Positions 1 to 7,870 of a DNA stretch of 64,000 nt are shown here, one piece after another. Below the pieces are notes generated by a model. That model saw only the letters and a program-made list of their open reading frames with translations. It was not told the origin of the DNA and made no database searches. Position 1 is the stretch's first letter, and each line of letters starts with the position of its first letter. Origin of the DNA: an uncultured Actinomycetota bacterium (GTDB taxonomy: Bacteria > Actinomycetota > Actinomycetes > Propionibacteriales > Nocardioidaceae); assembly GCA_963742815.1 (NCBI GenBank), contig CAVUNJ010000008.1, positions 84,925 to 148,924 of the forward strand, in the 5' to 3' direction. A program made the translations under genes and the position numbers.

Positions 1-823
1 GGGCACGGCCAACCCCTACGCCGGTCAGGACGTGTCCAGCCCGTGGCCGGCCGTGGGCATCGGCCGCGAGGCCGAGCTCCGCCGACGGGCCGCGGAGCTC
101 GTGCGCGCGACCGACCCCGAAGCCGATGACGGGGGCCTCGACCTCGTCGAGACCGCCCGCGTGGGGGACTGGGACGCGGAGCTCGACCGGCTCCTGGCAG
201 AAGCACGCGCGGATCGATCGGGCACGGTCGAGGTGCCGCTTCCCACAAGCCTCTCGGCGACTGCGATGGCCCGCCTGCGTGACGACCCCGAGCAGCTCGC
301 GAGCGAACTGGCACGACCGATGCCGCGCAAGCCGTCGCCGGCGGCCCGGTTCGGGACCCGGTTCCACGCCTGGGTCGAGGCGCGTTTCGGGCAGCAGGCG
401 CTGCTCGACCCCGACGACCTGCCGGGCCGGGGCGACCTTGGCATCGACGACGAGGACGAGCTGAAGGAGCTGATCGCCCGGTTCGAGGCCGGCCCCTTCG
501 CCGAGCTGGTTCCCGTCGCGGTGGAGCCGCCGTTCGCGCTCGTCCTGGCGGGCCAGGTGGTGCGGGGCCGGATCGACGCGGTGTACGCCGAACCGGACGG
601 TGGCTGGCTGGTCGTGGACTGGAAGACGAACAAGCAGCAGACGGCCGACGCCCTCCAGCTGGCGATCTACCGGGTCGCGTGGGCCGACCTGATGGGCGTG
701 CCCCTCGAGCGGGTTCGTGCCGCGTTCCACTACGTGCGCTCGGGCGAGACCATCGCGATCGACGATCTGGCCGATCGTCAAGGGTTGGAGCAAATCCTGC
801 GGTTATCGACCCCTCCGGTGTAG
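1..823 (+). CDS. adnB: 3' part of AdnB-like ATP-dependent helicase/nuclease (RecB-type PD-(D/E)XK nuclease domain); 5' end outside the window
   Basis: The frame is open from the window edge. RGRIDAVY...VVDWKT...QLAIY is a RecB-family nuclease motif, with no Fe-S cysteines. Its position upstream of nudC matches the actinobacterial adnA-adnB-nudC order. Confidence 0.7.
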   Translation, partial: GTANPYAGQDVSSPWPAVGIGREAELRRRAAELVRATDPEADDGGLDLVETARVGDWDAELDRLLAEARADRSGTVEVPLPTSLSATAMARLRDDPEQLASELARPMPRKPSPAARFGTRFHAWVEARFGQQALLDPDDLPGRGDLGIDDEDELKELIARFEAGPFAELVPVAVEPPFALVLAGQVVRGRIDAVYAEPDGGWLVVDWKTNKQQTADALQLAIYRVAWADLMGVPLERVRAAFHYVRSGETIAIDDLADRQGLEQILRLSTPPV

Positions 824-925
824 ACCAGCAACGGGCATTAGGCCGCTTACCTGTCTAAATGGGATGTACCGGGCAAAGATTGCTCTTGTGACACGGCCAC
901 AAGGCGGTGCGAGGGGGAAACCAAG

Positions 926-1186
926 ATGTTCGGATCCACGATGATGTTGACGATCGGCCAGGCACTCGACCGTGCCAAGGCCGAAGGCATGAACGTCCGG
1001 ATGCGCGTCGAGGGCGAGTGGATCACCGGCCAGATCATCAACAGCGACGGCCACGGTGTGGCCGTGCTGGAGAACAACGGCGACATCTGCGTCATCCGTC
1101 AGGACGCGATCAACCTCGTGCGACTGCCTTCCCGCGCCAGCGGCCCGAACGTGCCCTCCCAGCAGACCGTCTTCGAGCACGCCTGA
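926..1186 (+). CDS. 86-aa small protein with an Sm/Hfq-like sequence pattern
   Basis: ATG preceded by GAGGGGGAA. The pattern helix + V-x-V...G..ITGQI...D...VL....VIRQDAINLV aligns by eye with the Hfq Sm1/Sm2 motifs. Confidence 0.6.
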   Translation: MFGSTMMLTIGQALDRAKAEGMNVRMRVEGEWITGQIINSDGHGVAVLENNGDICVIRQDAINLVRLPSRASGPNVPSQQTVFEHA

Positions 1187-1191
1187 GCGGA

Positions 1192-1914
1192 TCAGCCCAG
1201 GTCCGCCTCAGCAAGCGCGGCGGTGAGCGCGATGTCGACCATCGGGCCGAACGTCTGCTCCCGCTCCTGAGAGGTGGTCTCCTCGCCGGTGACGATCTGG
1301 TCACTCACGGTGCAGATCGCCAGCGCCTGACGGCCGTACGACGCAGCCAGCGTGTAGAGCCCGCAGGCCTCCATCTCCACGGCGAGCACCCCATGCTCGA
1401 CCAACGGCTTGATCAGCTCCGGACGCGGTGAGTAGAACGAGTCGGTCGAGAAGATCAGCCCTACGTGTGTGGTGATGTCGTCTCGTGCGGTGGCTGCCTC
1501 ATGGGCGGCTCGCAGCAGGCCGAAGTCGGCCACCGCCGCGTAGTCGAACCCGTGGAACCGGAGCCGGTTCGTGCTCGCATCCGTGCAGGCACCCGAGGCG
1601 ATCACCACGTCCCGCAACGCAAGGCGCTCGGTGAGCGCCCCGCAGGAGCCGACCCGCACGACACGGCGTACGTCGTAGTCCTGGAACAGCTCGTTGACGT
1701 AGATCGACATCGAGGGCTGGCCCATGCCGGATCCCTGGACCGAAACCGGGTGCCCGTGCCAGGAGCCGGTGAAGCCGTACATCCCCCGGACCTCGCTGTA
1801 GCAGGTCGCGTCGTCGAGGAAGTTCTCGGCGATCCATCTGGCCCGCAGCGGGTCTCCCGGGAGCAGCACGGTGGGTGCGATCTTGCCCGGCTGGGCGCCG
1901 ATGTGGGTGCTCAT
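1192..1914 (-). CDS. deoD: Purine nucleoside phosphorylase DeoD
   Basis: VLLPGDPLRA, GSGMGQPS, RVGSCGAL, VEMEA, ICTVSD motifs. Confidence 0.95.
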   Translation of the reverse strand: MSTHIGAQPGKIAPTVLLPGDPLRARWIAENFLDDATCYSEVRGMYGFTGSWHGHPVSVQGSGMGQPSMSIYVNELFQDYDVRRVVRVGSCGALTERLALRDVVIASGACTDASTNRLRFHGFDYAAVADFGLLRAAHEAATARDDITTHVGLIFSTDSFYSPRPELIKPLVEHGVLAVEMEACGLYTLAASYGRQALAICTVSDQIVTGEETTSQEREQTFGPMVDIALTAALAEADLG

Positions 1915-2024
1915 GCCGCATCACACTAGGGGGTGATCGACGCAGACCCCTGCGAGCTAACGGAGATCACCCCTAGGACTAACCTCGCGAGCATGGACCC
2001 GAGTAACACCCCCCACGAGGAGCG

Positions 2025-2954
2025 ATGAGCTCCGGGGGAAGCAGGGTGCTCCCGCACGTCGCGCTGTCCCAGCACGCACACGACCGCCACGGGCTGCACC
2101 GCACGGACGAGGCCTGGCTCGAGGAACGCTGGGCCGATCCGTCGACGAGGGTGCTGGTCATCGCAGGCTCTCGCCTGCGTCCTGTTGCCGGGCGAGTCAC
2201 CTGGGTCTCGCCCGACGAGGCACCTCAGGGCCTGCGCGTGCTGCTCGGTGAGCGAGACGGAGTCCAGCACTTCGCCGTCATCGTCGATCCCGCCGAGGCC
2301 CCAGGTGAGCGCGACGACTGGGTGGTGCTCCGCGCCGTCGTGCAGTCGCTCGCCGACCAGGACCTCGCTGACGCCCCGCTGGTGCTGCACGCCATCGGGC
2401 TCGCGGAGTGGCACTGGGTGACCCGACACTGTCCCCGGTGCGGAGGCCGGCTCGAGTCGCAGCAGGCAGGGCATCTCCTCAGCTGCCTGGACTGCGGCCG
2501 CGGCCAGTTCCCGCGGTCGGACCCCGCCGTGATCATGGTGGTCACGGACGGCGAGCCCGGTAGTCCCGACGAGCGCGCACTGCTGGGTCGCAGCCCAGCG
2601 TGGCCGCCGGGCCGCTACTCCACGCTGGCCGGGTTCGTCGAGCCGGGCGAGACGATGGAAGATGCCGTACGCCGTGAGGTCCAGGAGGAGACCGGGGTGG
2701 TCGTCGGGGAGGTTTCCTACTTCGGCAGCCAGCCGTGGCCACTGCCCGCCAGTCTGATGGTCGGCTTCACCGCGCGTGCGATCGAGACCGCCATCGACGT
2801 CGACGGTTCGGAGATCGAGGACGCGCAGTGGTTCACCCGCGAGGAGATGCGCACCGGGGCCGAGACCGGGGCTCTGGTGCTGCCCGGAGGCGTCTCGATC
2901 TCGCGCTCGCTCGTCGAGAGCTGGTACGGCGGGCCGCTGCCCGGTAGCTGGTGA
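2025..2954 (+). CDS. nudC: NAD(+)/NADH diphosphatase NudC
   Basis: Zinc ribbon HCPRCG...CLDCG, FPRSDPAVI, Nudix box GFVEPGETMEDAVRREVQEETGV, SQPWPLPASLM. Confidence 0.95.
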   Translation: MSSGGSRVLPHVALSQHAHDRHGLHRTDEAWLEERWADPSTRVLVIAGSRLRPVAGRVTWVSPDEAPQGLRVLLGERDGVQHFAVIVDPAEAPGERDDWVVLRAVVQSLADQDLADAPLVLHAIGLAEWHWVTRHCPRCGGRLESQQAGHLLSCLDCGRGQFPRSDPAVIMVVTDGEPGSPDERALLGRSPAWPPGRYSTLAGFVEPGETMEDAVRREVQEETGVVVGEVSYFGSQPWPLPASLMVGFTARAIETAIDVDGSEIEDAQWFTREEMRTGAETGALVLPGGVSISRSLVESWYGGPLPGSW

Positions 2955-2961
2955 GGCCACC

Positions 2962-3360
2962 GTGCAGCTGGTGATCGAGGGCTGGAACCTCCCGGGCCGC
3001 AGCTGCGGCTCCTACCGCGACATCCACGTGGGGACACAGCTCCGCCGAGATCCGGCGGACCTTGTCCCGGGCGATGCCGCAACTGCTCGGTGGGTGGTCG
3101 ACGTCGAGGTACTCGAGCGAGACGGTGAGCGCGACTTCCGCGGCCCCGCTGTCCAGGGCAGACGTGGCGAACGGTTCGTCTACCTGACCTGGGGCGAGCT
3201 CAGGGGCGGAACCTTCACGATGTTCCGGCGGGCGAAGCTGATGCTGCTCGACGTACCCGATCCCGATCGGCCGAGCGTCACGGCCCGGGTCGACCTGACC
3301 GACGAGTGCGGAATGCCACGCTGCGCGCGACTCCGGGCACCCGCGCTTGCCTGGCCCTGA
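2962..3360 (+). CDS. DUF5990-like hypothetical protein
   Basis: GTG at 2962; DFRGPAVQGRRGERFVYLTWG and MFRRAKL resemble this actinobacterial family. Confidence 0.65.
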   Translation: MQLVIEGWNLPGRSCGSYRDIHVGTQLRRDPADLVPGDAATARWVVDVEVLERDGERDFRGPAVQGRRGERFVYLTWGELRGGTFTMFRRAKLMLLDVPDPDRPSVTARVDLTDECGMPRCARLRAPALAWP

Positions 3361-3380
3361 TGCGGGTGCGGTTCAGGGGC

Positions 3381-3464
3381 TGGTGTTCACAGGCAGGTGT
3401 TCACAGGCAGGTGTTCACAGGCGGGTGGTCACAGGCTGGTGGTCACAGGCTGGTGTTCACAGGC
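3381..3464. repeat. Six tandem copies of a 14-bp unit, NGGTG(T/G)TCACAGGC
   Basis: Units start at 3381, 3395, 3409, 3423, 3437 and 3451; the last contains the mrx1 stop codon. Confidence 0.95.
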
Positions 3465-3753
3465 GGGCGAGCTTGCCCTTGACCTGCGCCATCGAGGGGT
3501 TGGTGTGCGCGCTGCCGTCGCTGAAGACCAGGGTCGGCACAGTCTGGTTGCCGTTGTTGGCCGCCATCACGACCTCGACACCCGACGGGTCGCGCTCGAT
3601 GTCGACGACGTCGTAGTCGATGCCCTCCCGGTCCAACTGGCTCCGGAGCCGGTGGCAGTATCCGCACCAGGGGGTGGTGTACATCGTGAAGCTGGTCCCG
3701 GAACTTGCACTGGGGGTTGCTGGGGGTGCCACGGCTGTGGACTCCTGGGTCAC
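3457..3753 (-). CDS. mrx1: Mycoredoxin (glutaredoxin-like)
   Basis: MYTTPWCGYC active site, NGNQTVPT; divergent from uvrD2 as in mycobacteria. Confidence 0.9.
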   Translation of the reverse strand: MTQESTAVAPPATPSASSGTSFTMYTTPWCGYCHRLRSQLDREGIDYDVVDIERDPSGVEVVMAANNGNQTVPTLVFSDGSAHTNPSMAQVKGKLARL

Positions 3754-3818
3754 TGACTGTCCTCTCTCGCGTCTAGGCTCGACACCGGCCCAACACAGGA
3801 GGGACGAAGAACATTCCG

Positions 3819-5972
3819 ATGCACGCCGATGAGCTGCTGAGCGCGCTCGACCCGGAGCAGCGCGAGGTTGCGCTGGCCCTCCGCGGCCCGGTCCGGGTGC
3901 TCGCCGGTGCAGGCACGGGCAAGACCCGTGCCATCACCCACCGGATCGCCTACGGCGTGGCCTCGGGCGTCTACAACCCGATGGAAGTGCTGGCTGTGAC
4001 CTTCACCACTCGCGCCGCAGGGGAGATGCGCACCCGGTTGCGCTCGATGGGCGCCTCGGCCGTGCAGGCACGCACCTTCCACTCCGCTGCCCTGCGCCAG
4101 GTGCGCTACTTCTGGCCAAAGGTCTACGGCGGCCAGCCTCCTGAGCTCACCGCATCGAAGATCCCGATCGTGGCCGGTGCCGCGCGCCGCAACCGGGTCG
4201 AGGTCAACCAGGCGACGTTGCGCGACGTGGCCAGCGAGATCGAGTGGGCCAAGGTGAGCAACGTCCGCCCCGACGACTACGAGCGCCTCGCGCCCCGACG
4301 TGGCCGCGAGGTCAGTGGTCTCGACGCAGCCACCGTCGCCCACGTCTTCGGGAGCTACGAGGAGCTCAAGCGCGACCAGGGGCGGATGGACATGGAGGAC
4401 GTGCTGCTCATCGGCGCTGCGCTGCTCAGCGAGGACGAGCGCGTCGCCGCGGAGGTGCGGCGCCAATACAAGTGGTTCACGGTTGATGAGTTCCAGGACG
4501 TAAGCCCGATCCAGTCGGCGCTGCTCGACCTGTGGCTCGGGGGACGCGACGAGATCTGCGTGGTCGGTGACCCCGCCCAGACCATCTACTCCTTCGCCGG
4601 TGCGCGAGCCAACTACCTGACCGAGTTCCCGGCCAAGTTCGACGGCACGACGAGCGTCGAGCTGGTGCGCAACTACCGATCCACGCCGCAGGTCATCGGG
4701 GCGGCCAACGCGCTTCTGAAGGGCTCCGGTTCCTCCAGCGTGCTGCTCCGCTCCCAGCTCGGGGCCGGCGCCGAGGTCACCTGGCGCGAAGCACCCGACG
4801 AAGTGGCCGAGGCCGAGGCCGTGGCCGGCGAGATCAAGCGACTGCAGCAGCAGGGCGTGCCGTTGCGCGAGATGGCGGTGCTGTTCCGCATCAACGCGCA
4901 GTCGGAGTCCTTCGAGGAGGCCCTGACTGCTCGGGGCATCGCGTACGTCGTTCGTGGCGCCGCGCGGTTCTTCGAGCGCCAGGAGGTGCGTCAGGCCCTG
5001 GCCCTGATGCGTGGCCAGCTGCGCGCTGGCCCAGGAATCGGTGCAGGAATCGGTGCAGGAATCGGTGCAGGAATCGGTGCAGGAATCGGTGCAGAAAATG
5101 CCGTAGACGGAGGTGTGGAGGAGGCTGACGAGCTCGTCGACCAGGTCCGCGCGGTGCTGAGCGGCATGGGCTGGTCAGCTGATGCCCCGACCACCCGCGG
5201 CCAGGCCCGCGACCGATGGGAGTCCTTGCAGGCGCTGGTCTCCCAGGCCACTGACCACACGGCGACGGAGGTGGCCGCCGAACGGACACCCACGCTGGCC
5301 GGCTTCGTTGCCGAGCTCGACCGCCGCGCGCACGAGCAGCATGCGCCGGTCGCAGAGGGGGTGACGCTGGCGACGTTGCATGCCGCCAAGGGCCTCGAGT
5401 GGGATGCGGTCTTCCTGTGCGGCGTGCAGGAGGGGTCGATGCCGATCACCTACGCCGACACTCCGGCAGCCGTCGAGGAGGAGCGTCGCCTGCTCTACGT
5501 CGGAGTGACGCGCGCGCGAGAGCACCTCTGGGTCTCGTGGGCCCTGGCCCGCAACCCGGGCGGTCAGGCCCGCCGCCGTCCGTCGCGCTTCCTGGCCGGC
5601 CTCCGACCCGAGTCGGCCACCGATCGTGTCGACGCGGCCGGTCCTGCCCGAGGCGCCCGCCGCCGCGGCAAGAAGGCCGCCGTGTGCAAGCAGTGCCAGA
5701 AGCCGCTCGCGAGCTCGCGCGAGCGCAACCGCGGCTACTGTCAGGACTGCCCGGTGCCCTACGACGAGGACCTGTTCGAGTTGCTGCGGTCCTGGCGCAA
5801 GGAGCAGGCCGAGGCGCAGAGTGTCCCCGCATTCGTGGTGTTCTCCGATGCGACTCTCGAGGCGCTCGCCGAGGTCAAGCCGACAGACCGCCGTGGCCTG
5901 CAGTCGATCAGCGGCATCGGCAAGGCCAAGCTGGACAAGTACGCCGACGAGCTGCTCTCCCTGCTCACCTGA
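3819..5972 (+). CDS. uvrD2: ATP-dependent DNA helicase UvrD2
   Basis: AGAGTGKT Walker A, VDEFQD, RNYRST, TLHAAKGLEW, EERRLLYVGVTRAR, tetracysteine CKQC...CQDC module, C-terminal HRDC domain. Confidence 0.95.
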   Translation: MHADELLSALDPEQREVALALRGPVRVLAGAGTGKTRAITHRIAYGVASGVYNPMEVLAVTFTTRAAGEMRTRLRSMGASAVQARTFHSAALRQVRYFWPKVYGGQPPELTASKIPIVAGAARRNRVEVNQATLRDVASEIEWAKVSNVRPDDYERLAPRRGREVSGLDAATVAHVFGSYEELKRDQGRMDMEDVLLIGAALLSEDERVAAEVRRQYKWFTVDEFQDVSPIQSALLDLWLGGRDEICVVGDPAQTIYSFAGARANYLTEFPAKFDGTTSVELVRNYRSTPQVIGAANALLKGSGSSSVLLRSQLGAGAEVTWREAPDEVAEAEAVAGEIKRLQQQGVPLREMAVLFRINAQSESFEEALTARGIAYVVRGAARFFERQEVRQALALMRGQLRAGPGIGAGIGAGIGAGIGAGIGAENAVDGGVEEADELVDQVRAVLSGMGWSADAPTTRGQARDRWESLQALVSQATDHTATEVAAERTPTLAGFVAELDRRAHEQHAPVAEGVTLATLHAAKGLEWDAVFLCGVQEGSMPITYADTPAAVEEERRLLYVGVTRAREHLWVSWALARNPGGQARRRPSRFLAGLRPESATDRVDAAGPARGARRRGKKAAVCKQCQKPLASSRERNRGYCQDCPVPYDEDLFELLRSWRKEQAEAQSVPAFVVFSDATLEALAEVKPTDRRGLQSISGIGKAKLDKYADELLSLLT
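5034..5093 (+). repeat. In-frame 12-bp tandem repeat (GGAATCGGTGCA) x5 encoding (GIGA)5 inside uvrD2
   Basis: Five perfect copies at 5034, 5046, 5058, 5070 and 5082. Confidence 0.97.
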
Positions 5973-6049
5973 GCGGCATCCGAAGATCTCGGCCAACCAC
6001 CTGATTCCTGCCCGCCACCGGCGAGTTTCCGCCGTTTCGAAGTAGTTGC

Positions 6050-6089
6050 AAATAAATCAATTGCGCCCCCGATCTGCGGCGGCGTACCG
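6050..6089 (+). promoter_or_regulatory. whiB7 promoter with AT-rich WhiB7-binding patch
   Basis: AAATAAATCAA (6050-6060) directly abuts -35 TTGCGC (6061-6066); 17-bp spacer; -10 TACCGT (6084-6089). This is the autoregulated whiB7/wblC architecture. Confidence 0.8.
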
Positions 6090-6147
6090 TGCTTCACACC
6101 CGCCCAGTGCGCCACACGGGCCACGGCACTCACGAAGGAGGTGCGAC

Positions 6148-6345
6148 ATGGATATGAACATCAACGCCAACGCGGCCGCGCAGCGGTCTGCCTTCGTCGC
6201 GCCCACCATCGGTGGTGCCAAGGGTGGACTCTGCCCGCAGACCGGCTTCCGCCGCGTGGACGCGTACACCCAGGTCACCTTCCAGGCCGTCGGCGACGCC
6301 GGCATGGCCACGGGTCACCGCTCCTGGAGACATCTGATCACCTGA
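6148..6345 (+). CDS. whiB7 leader peptide (uORF, 65 aa)
   Basis: Strong SD AAGGAGGTG before ATG 6148. The ORF lies between the promoter and the attenuator hairpin and has an Ala-rich N-terminus. It is not called from this start in the ORF track. Confidence 0.8.
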   Translation: MDMNINANAAAQRSAFVAPTIGGAKGGLCPQTGFRRVDAYTQVTFQAVGDAGMATGHRSWRHLIT

Positions 6346-6373
6346 GCTCACCGCTCACACGTCAGCAGCCTCC

Positions 6374-6414
6374 AGGCCGCGGAACCCGACAAGGGATCCG
6401 CGGCCTTTGTGTTT
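6374..6414 (+). terminator. Intrinsic terminator/attenuator upstream of whiB7
   Basis: Stem AGGCCGCGGA(6374-6383)...TCCGCGGCCT(6397-6406) followed by TTGTGTTT. CCTGGAG (6323-6329) in the uORF can pair with CTCCAGG (6370-6376), which overlaps the 5' arm. Confidence 0.8.
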
Positions 6415-6472
6415 CCCACATGACCCCAGACGAACTTCAGAGCAGGACAGAGAACACAGGAGGTGAACCCGG

Positions 6473-6799
6473 ATGCGCACCAGCGCTGACCACCGGGCGG
6501 GTATCGACGAGGCGGAGCTGCCATGCCGGAGAGAGGATCCGGAGCTGTACTTCGCCGAGTCGCCCAGCGACGTGGAGCTCGCAAAGGCGATCTGCCAGGC
6601 ATGCCCGGTCCGGGCCGAGTGCCTGGCTGGCGCCCTCGAGCGGCGCGAGCCGTGGGGCGTGTGGGGTGGTGAGCTGTTCCTCTCCGGAGTAGTGATCCCC
6701 CGCAAACGTCCACGCGGCCGGCCGCGGAAGAACGAGGGCCTGGAAACCGCCTCGGCAGTTCCCATGGCAACTCCTCGCGCAGCCGTCTCGGCTGCCTGA
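6473..6799 (+). CDS. whiB7: WhiB7/WblC transcriptional activator
   Basis: Four Cys (LPC, CQAC, EC), GVWGGELF turn, C-terminal AT-hook RKRPRGRPRK; downstream of uvrD2. Confidence 0.95.
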   Translation: MRTSADHRAGIDEAELPCRREDPELYFAESPSDVELAKAICQACPVRAECLAGALERREPWGVWGGELFLSGVVIPRKRPRGRPRKNEGLETASAVPMATPRAAVSAA

Positions 6800-6844
6800 G
6801 GGCCAAAGTCATGACCACCACACATTTCAGAACGGAGAACGACG

Positions 6845-7051
6845 ATGAGCAACACCACCTTCGAGCTGGCACGCGTCTACCACGACGCTCGACTGGCCGA
6901 GGCGGAGCAGGGTCGTCTCGCCAGGCGCGCCGTAGCCGCTCGTCGGTTGCAGCGCAGGGCAGCGCGACTGTCCAGGAAAGCCGAGCGGGTTTCCCGCAGG
7001 GCCGACCGGGCAGCCACCCAGGCGCGACACTTCGTCGCCCGCGCCGTCTAG
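6845..7051 (+). CDS. 68-aa Arg/Ala-rich helical hypothetical protein
   Basis: GGAG SD before ATG; GC-typical codons; lies before the strong hairpin at 7081, so probably co-transcribed with whiB7. Confidence 0.6.
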   Translation: MSNTTFELARVYHDARLAEAEQGRLARRAVAARRLQRRAARLSRKAERVSRRADRAATQARHFVARAV

Positions 7052-7080
7052 ACCCGCGACCCGCGACCGCTACCGGGATC

Positions 7081-7114
7081 TGAGCCCCGGGAACCTAGGA
7101 GTTCCCGGGGCTCA
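7081..7114. terminator. Perfect 14-bp-stem hairpin between convergent genes
   Basis: TGAGCCCCGGGAAC-CTAGGA-GTTCCCGGGGCTCA. Confidence 0.8.
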
Positions 7115-7148
7115 GTCATGCCCAGAACATGTCCGGACCGGCCAGCGA

Positions 7149-7736
7149 TCAGGGTGATGATGATGCGACCGCTTCGACGATGTCCAGAGCGGCGGCCTTG
7201 AGCCGGTCGCCTTGCCCTGCACGGAAGAGCTCGACGACGACCGGGCTGGCGAACGTCCCCATGAAGAGCAGCTGCGCCTGCAGTTCGGCGTCGACGATGC
7301 CGGGCCGCAGCTCGCGGAGAAGTTCGGCGATGTGCCGGTACCAGAATGCGTGGAAGTCCTCAGCGCGGGGGTCGGGTGCCGTGGTGGAGTACGCCGCGTA
7401 CAGCTCGAAGTTGTCGATGGCGAAGTCGGCCCACGCGGCGAAGAAGGCGAGCAGCCGCTCTCGTGCGGGCGCACCGGGCCCGAGCGGAGGTTCACCGGAG
7501 ATGACCCCGCGGCGCAGCGTCTCGGCGCGGTTCATAACCAGCTCGCGCAGCAGCCCGGTGCGGCTGCCGAATCGGTGGAACACGGTGCCCTTGCCGACGC
7601 CGGCGGCCGCCGCGATCTGTTCGATCGACACGCTGTCGGCGCGACGTTCGGCCAGTAGTTTCGCGGTGGCGTCAAGGATCGCCCGGCGATTGCGTGCGGC
7701 GTCGACCCGTTCGGTTCGCGGGTGGTCGGCAGTCAC
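7149..7736 (-). CDS. TetR/AcrR family regulator
   Basis: GTG at 7736 with SD AAGGAGGG; DAARNRRAILDA...SIEQIAAAAGVGKGTVFHRFGSR helix-turn-helix. Confidence 0.9.
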   Translation of the reverse strand: MTADHPRTERVDAARNRRAILDATAKLLAERRADSVSIEQIAAAAGVGKGTVFHRFGSRTGLLRELVMNRAETLRRGVISGEPPLGPGAPARERLLAFFAAWADFAIDNFELYAAYSTTAPDPRAEDFHAFWYRHIAELLRELRPGIVDAELQAQLLFMGTFASPVVVELFRAGQGDRLKAAALDIVEAVASSSP

Positions 7737-7769
7737 CGCGCCCTCCTTGGTTCCTCGTTCGCCAACAAC

Positions 7770-7820
7770 TTGACCTCCGGTCCACATTGTCTCACACTGA
7801 TTACTGGACCAGCGGTCCAG
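7770..7820. promoter_or_regulatory. Two probable TetR operators
   Basis: Perfect CTGGACC-AGC-GGTCCAG (7804-7820) and near-copy TTGACC-TCC-GGTCCA (7770-7784) in the divergent intergenic region. Confidence 0.65.
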
Positions 7821-7870
7821 ATAGTTGACACGGACCCAGACACCTTTCGATCTCAGGGAGGAAGAGTGGA

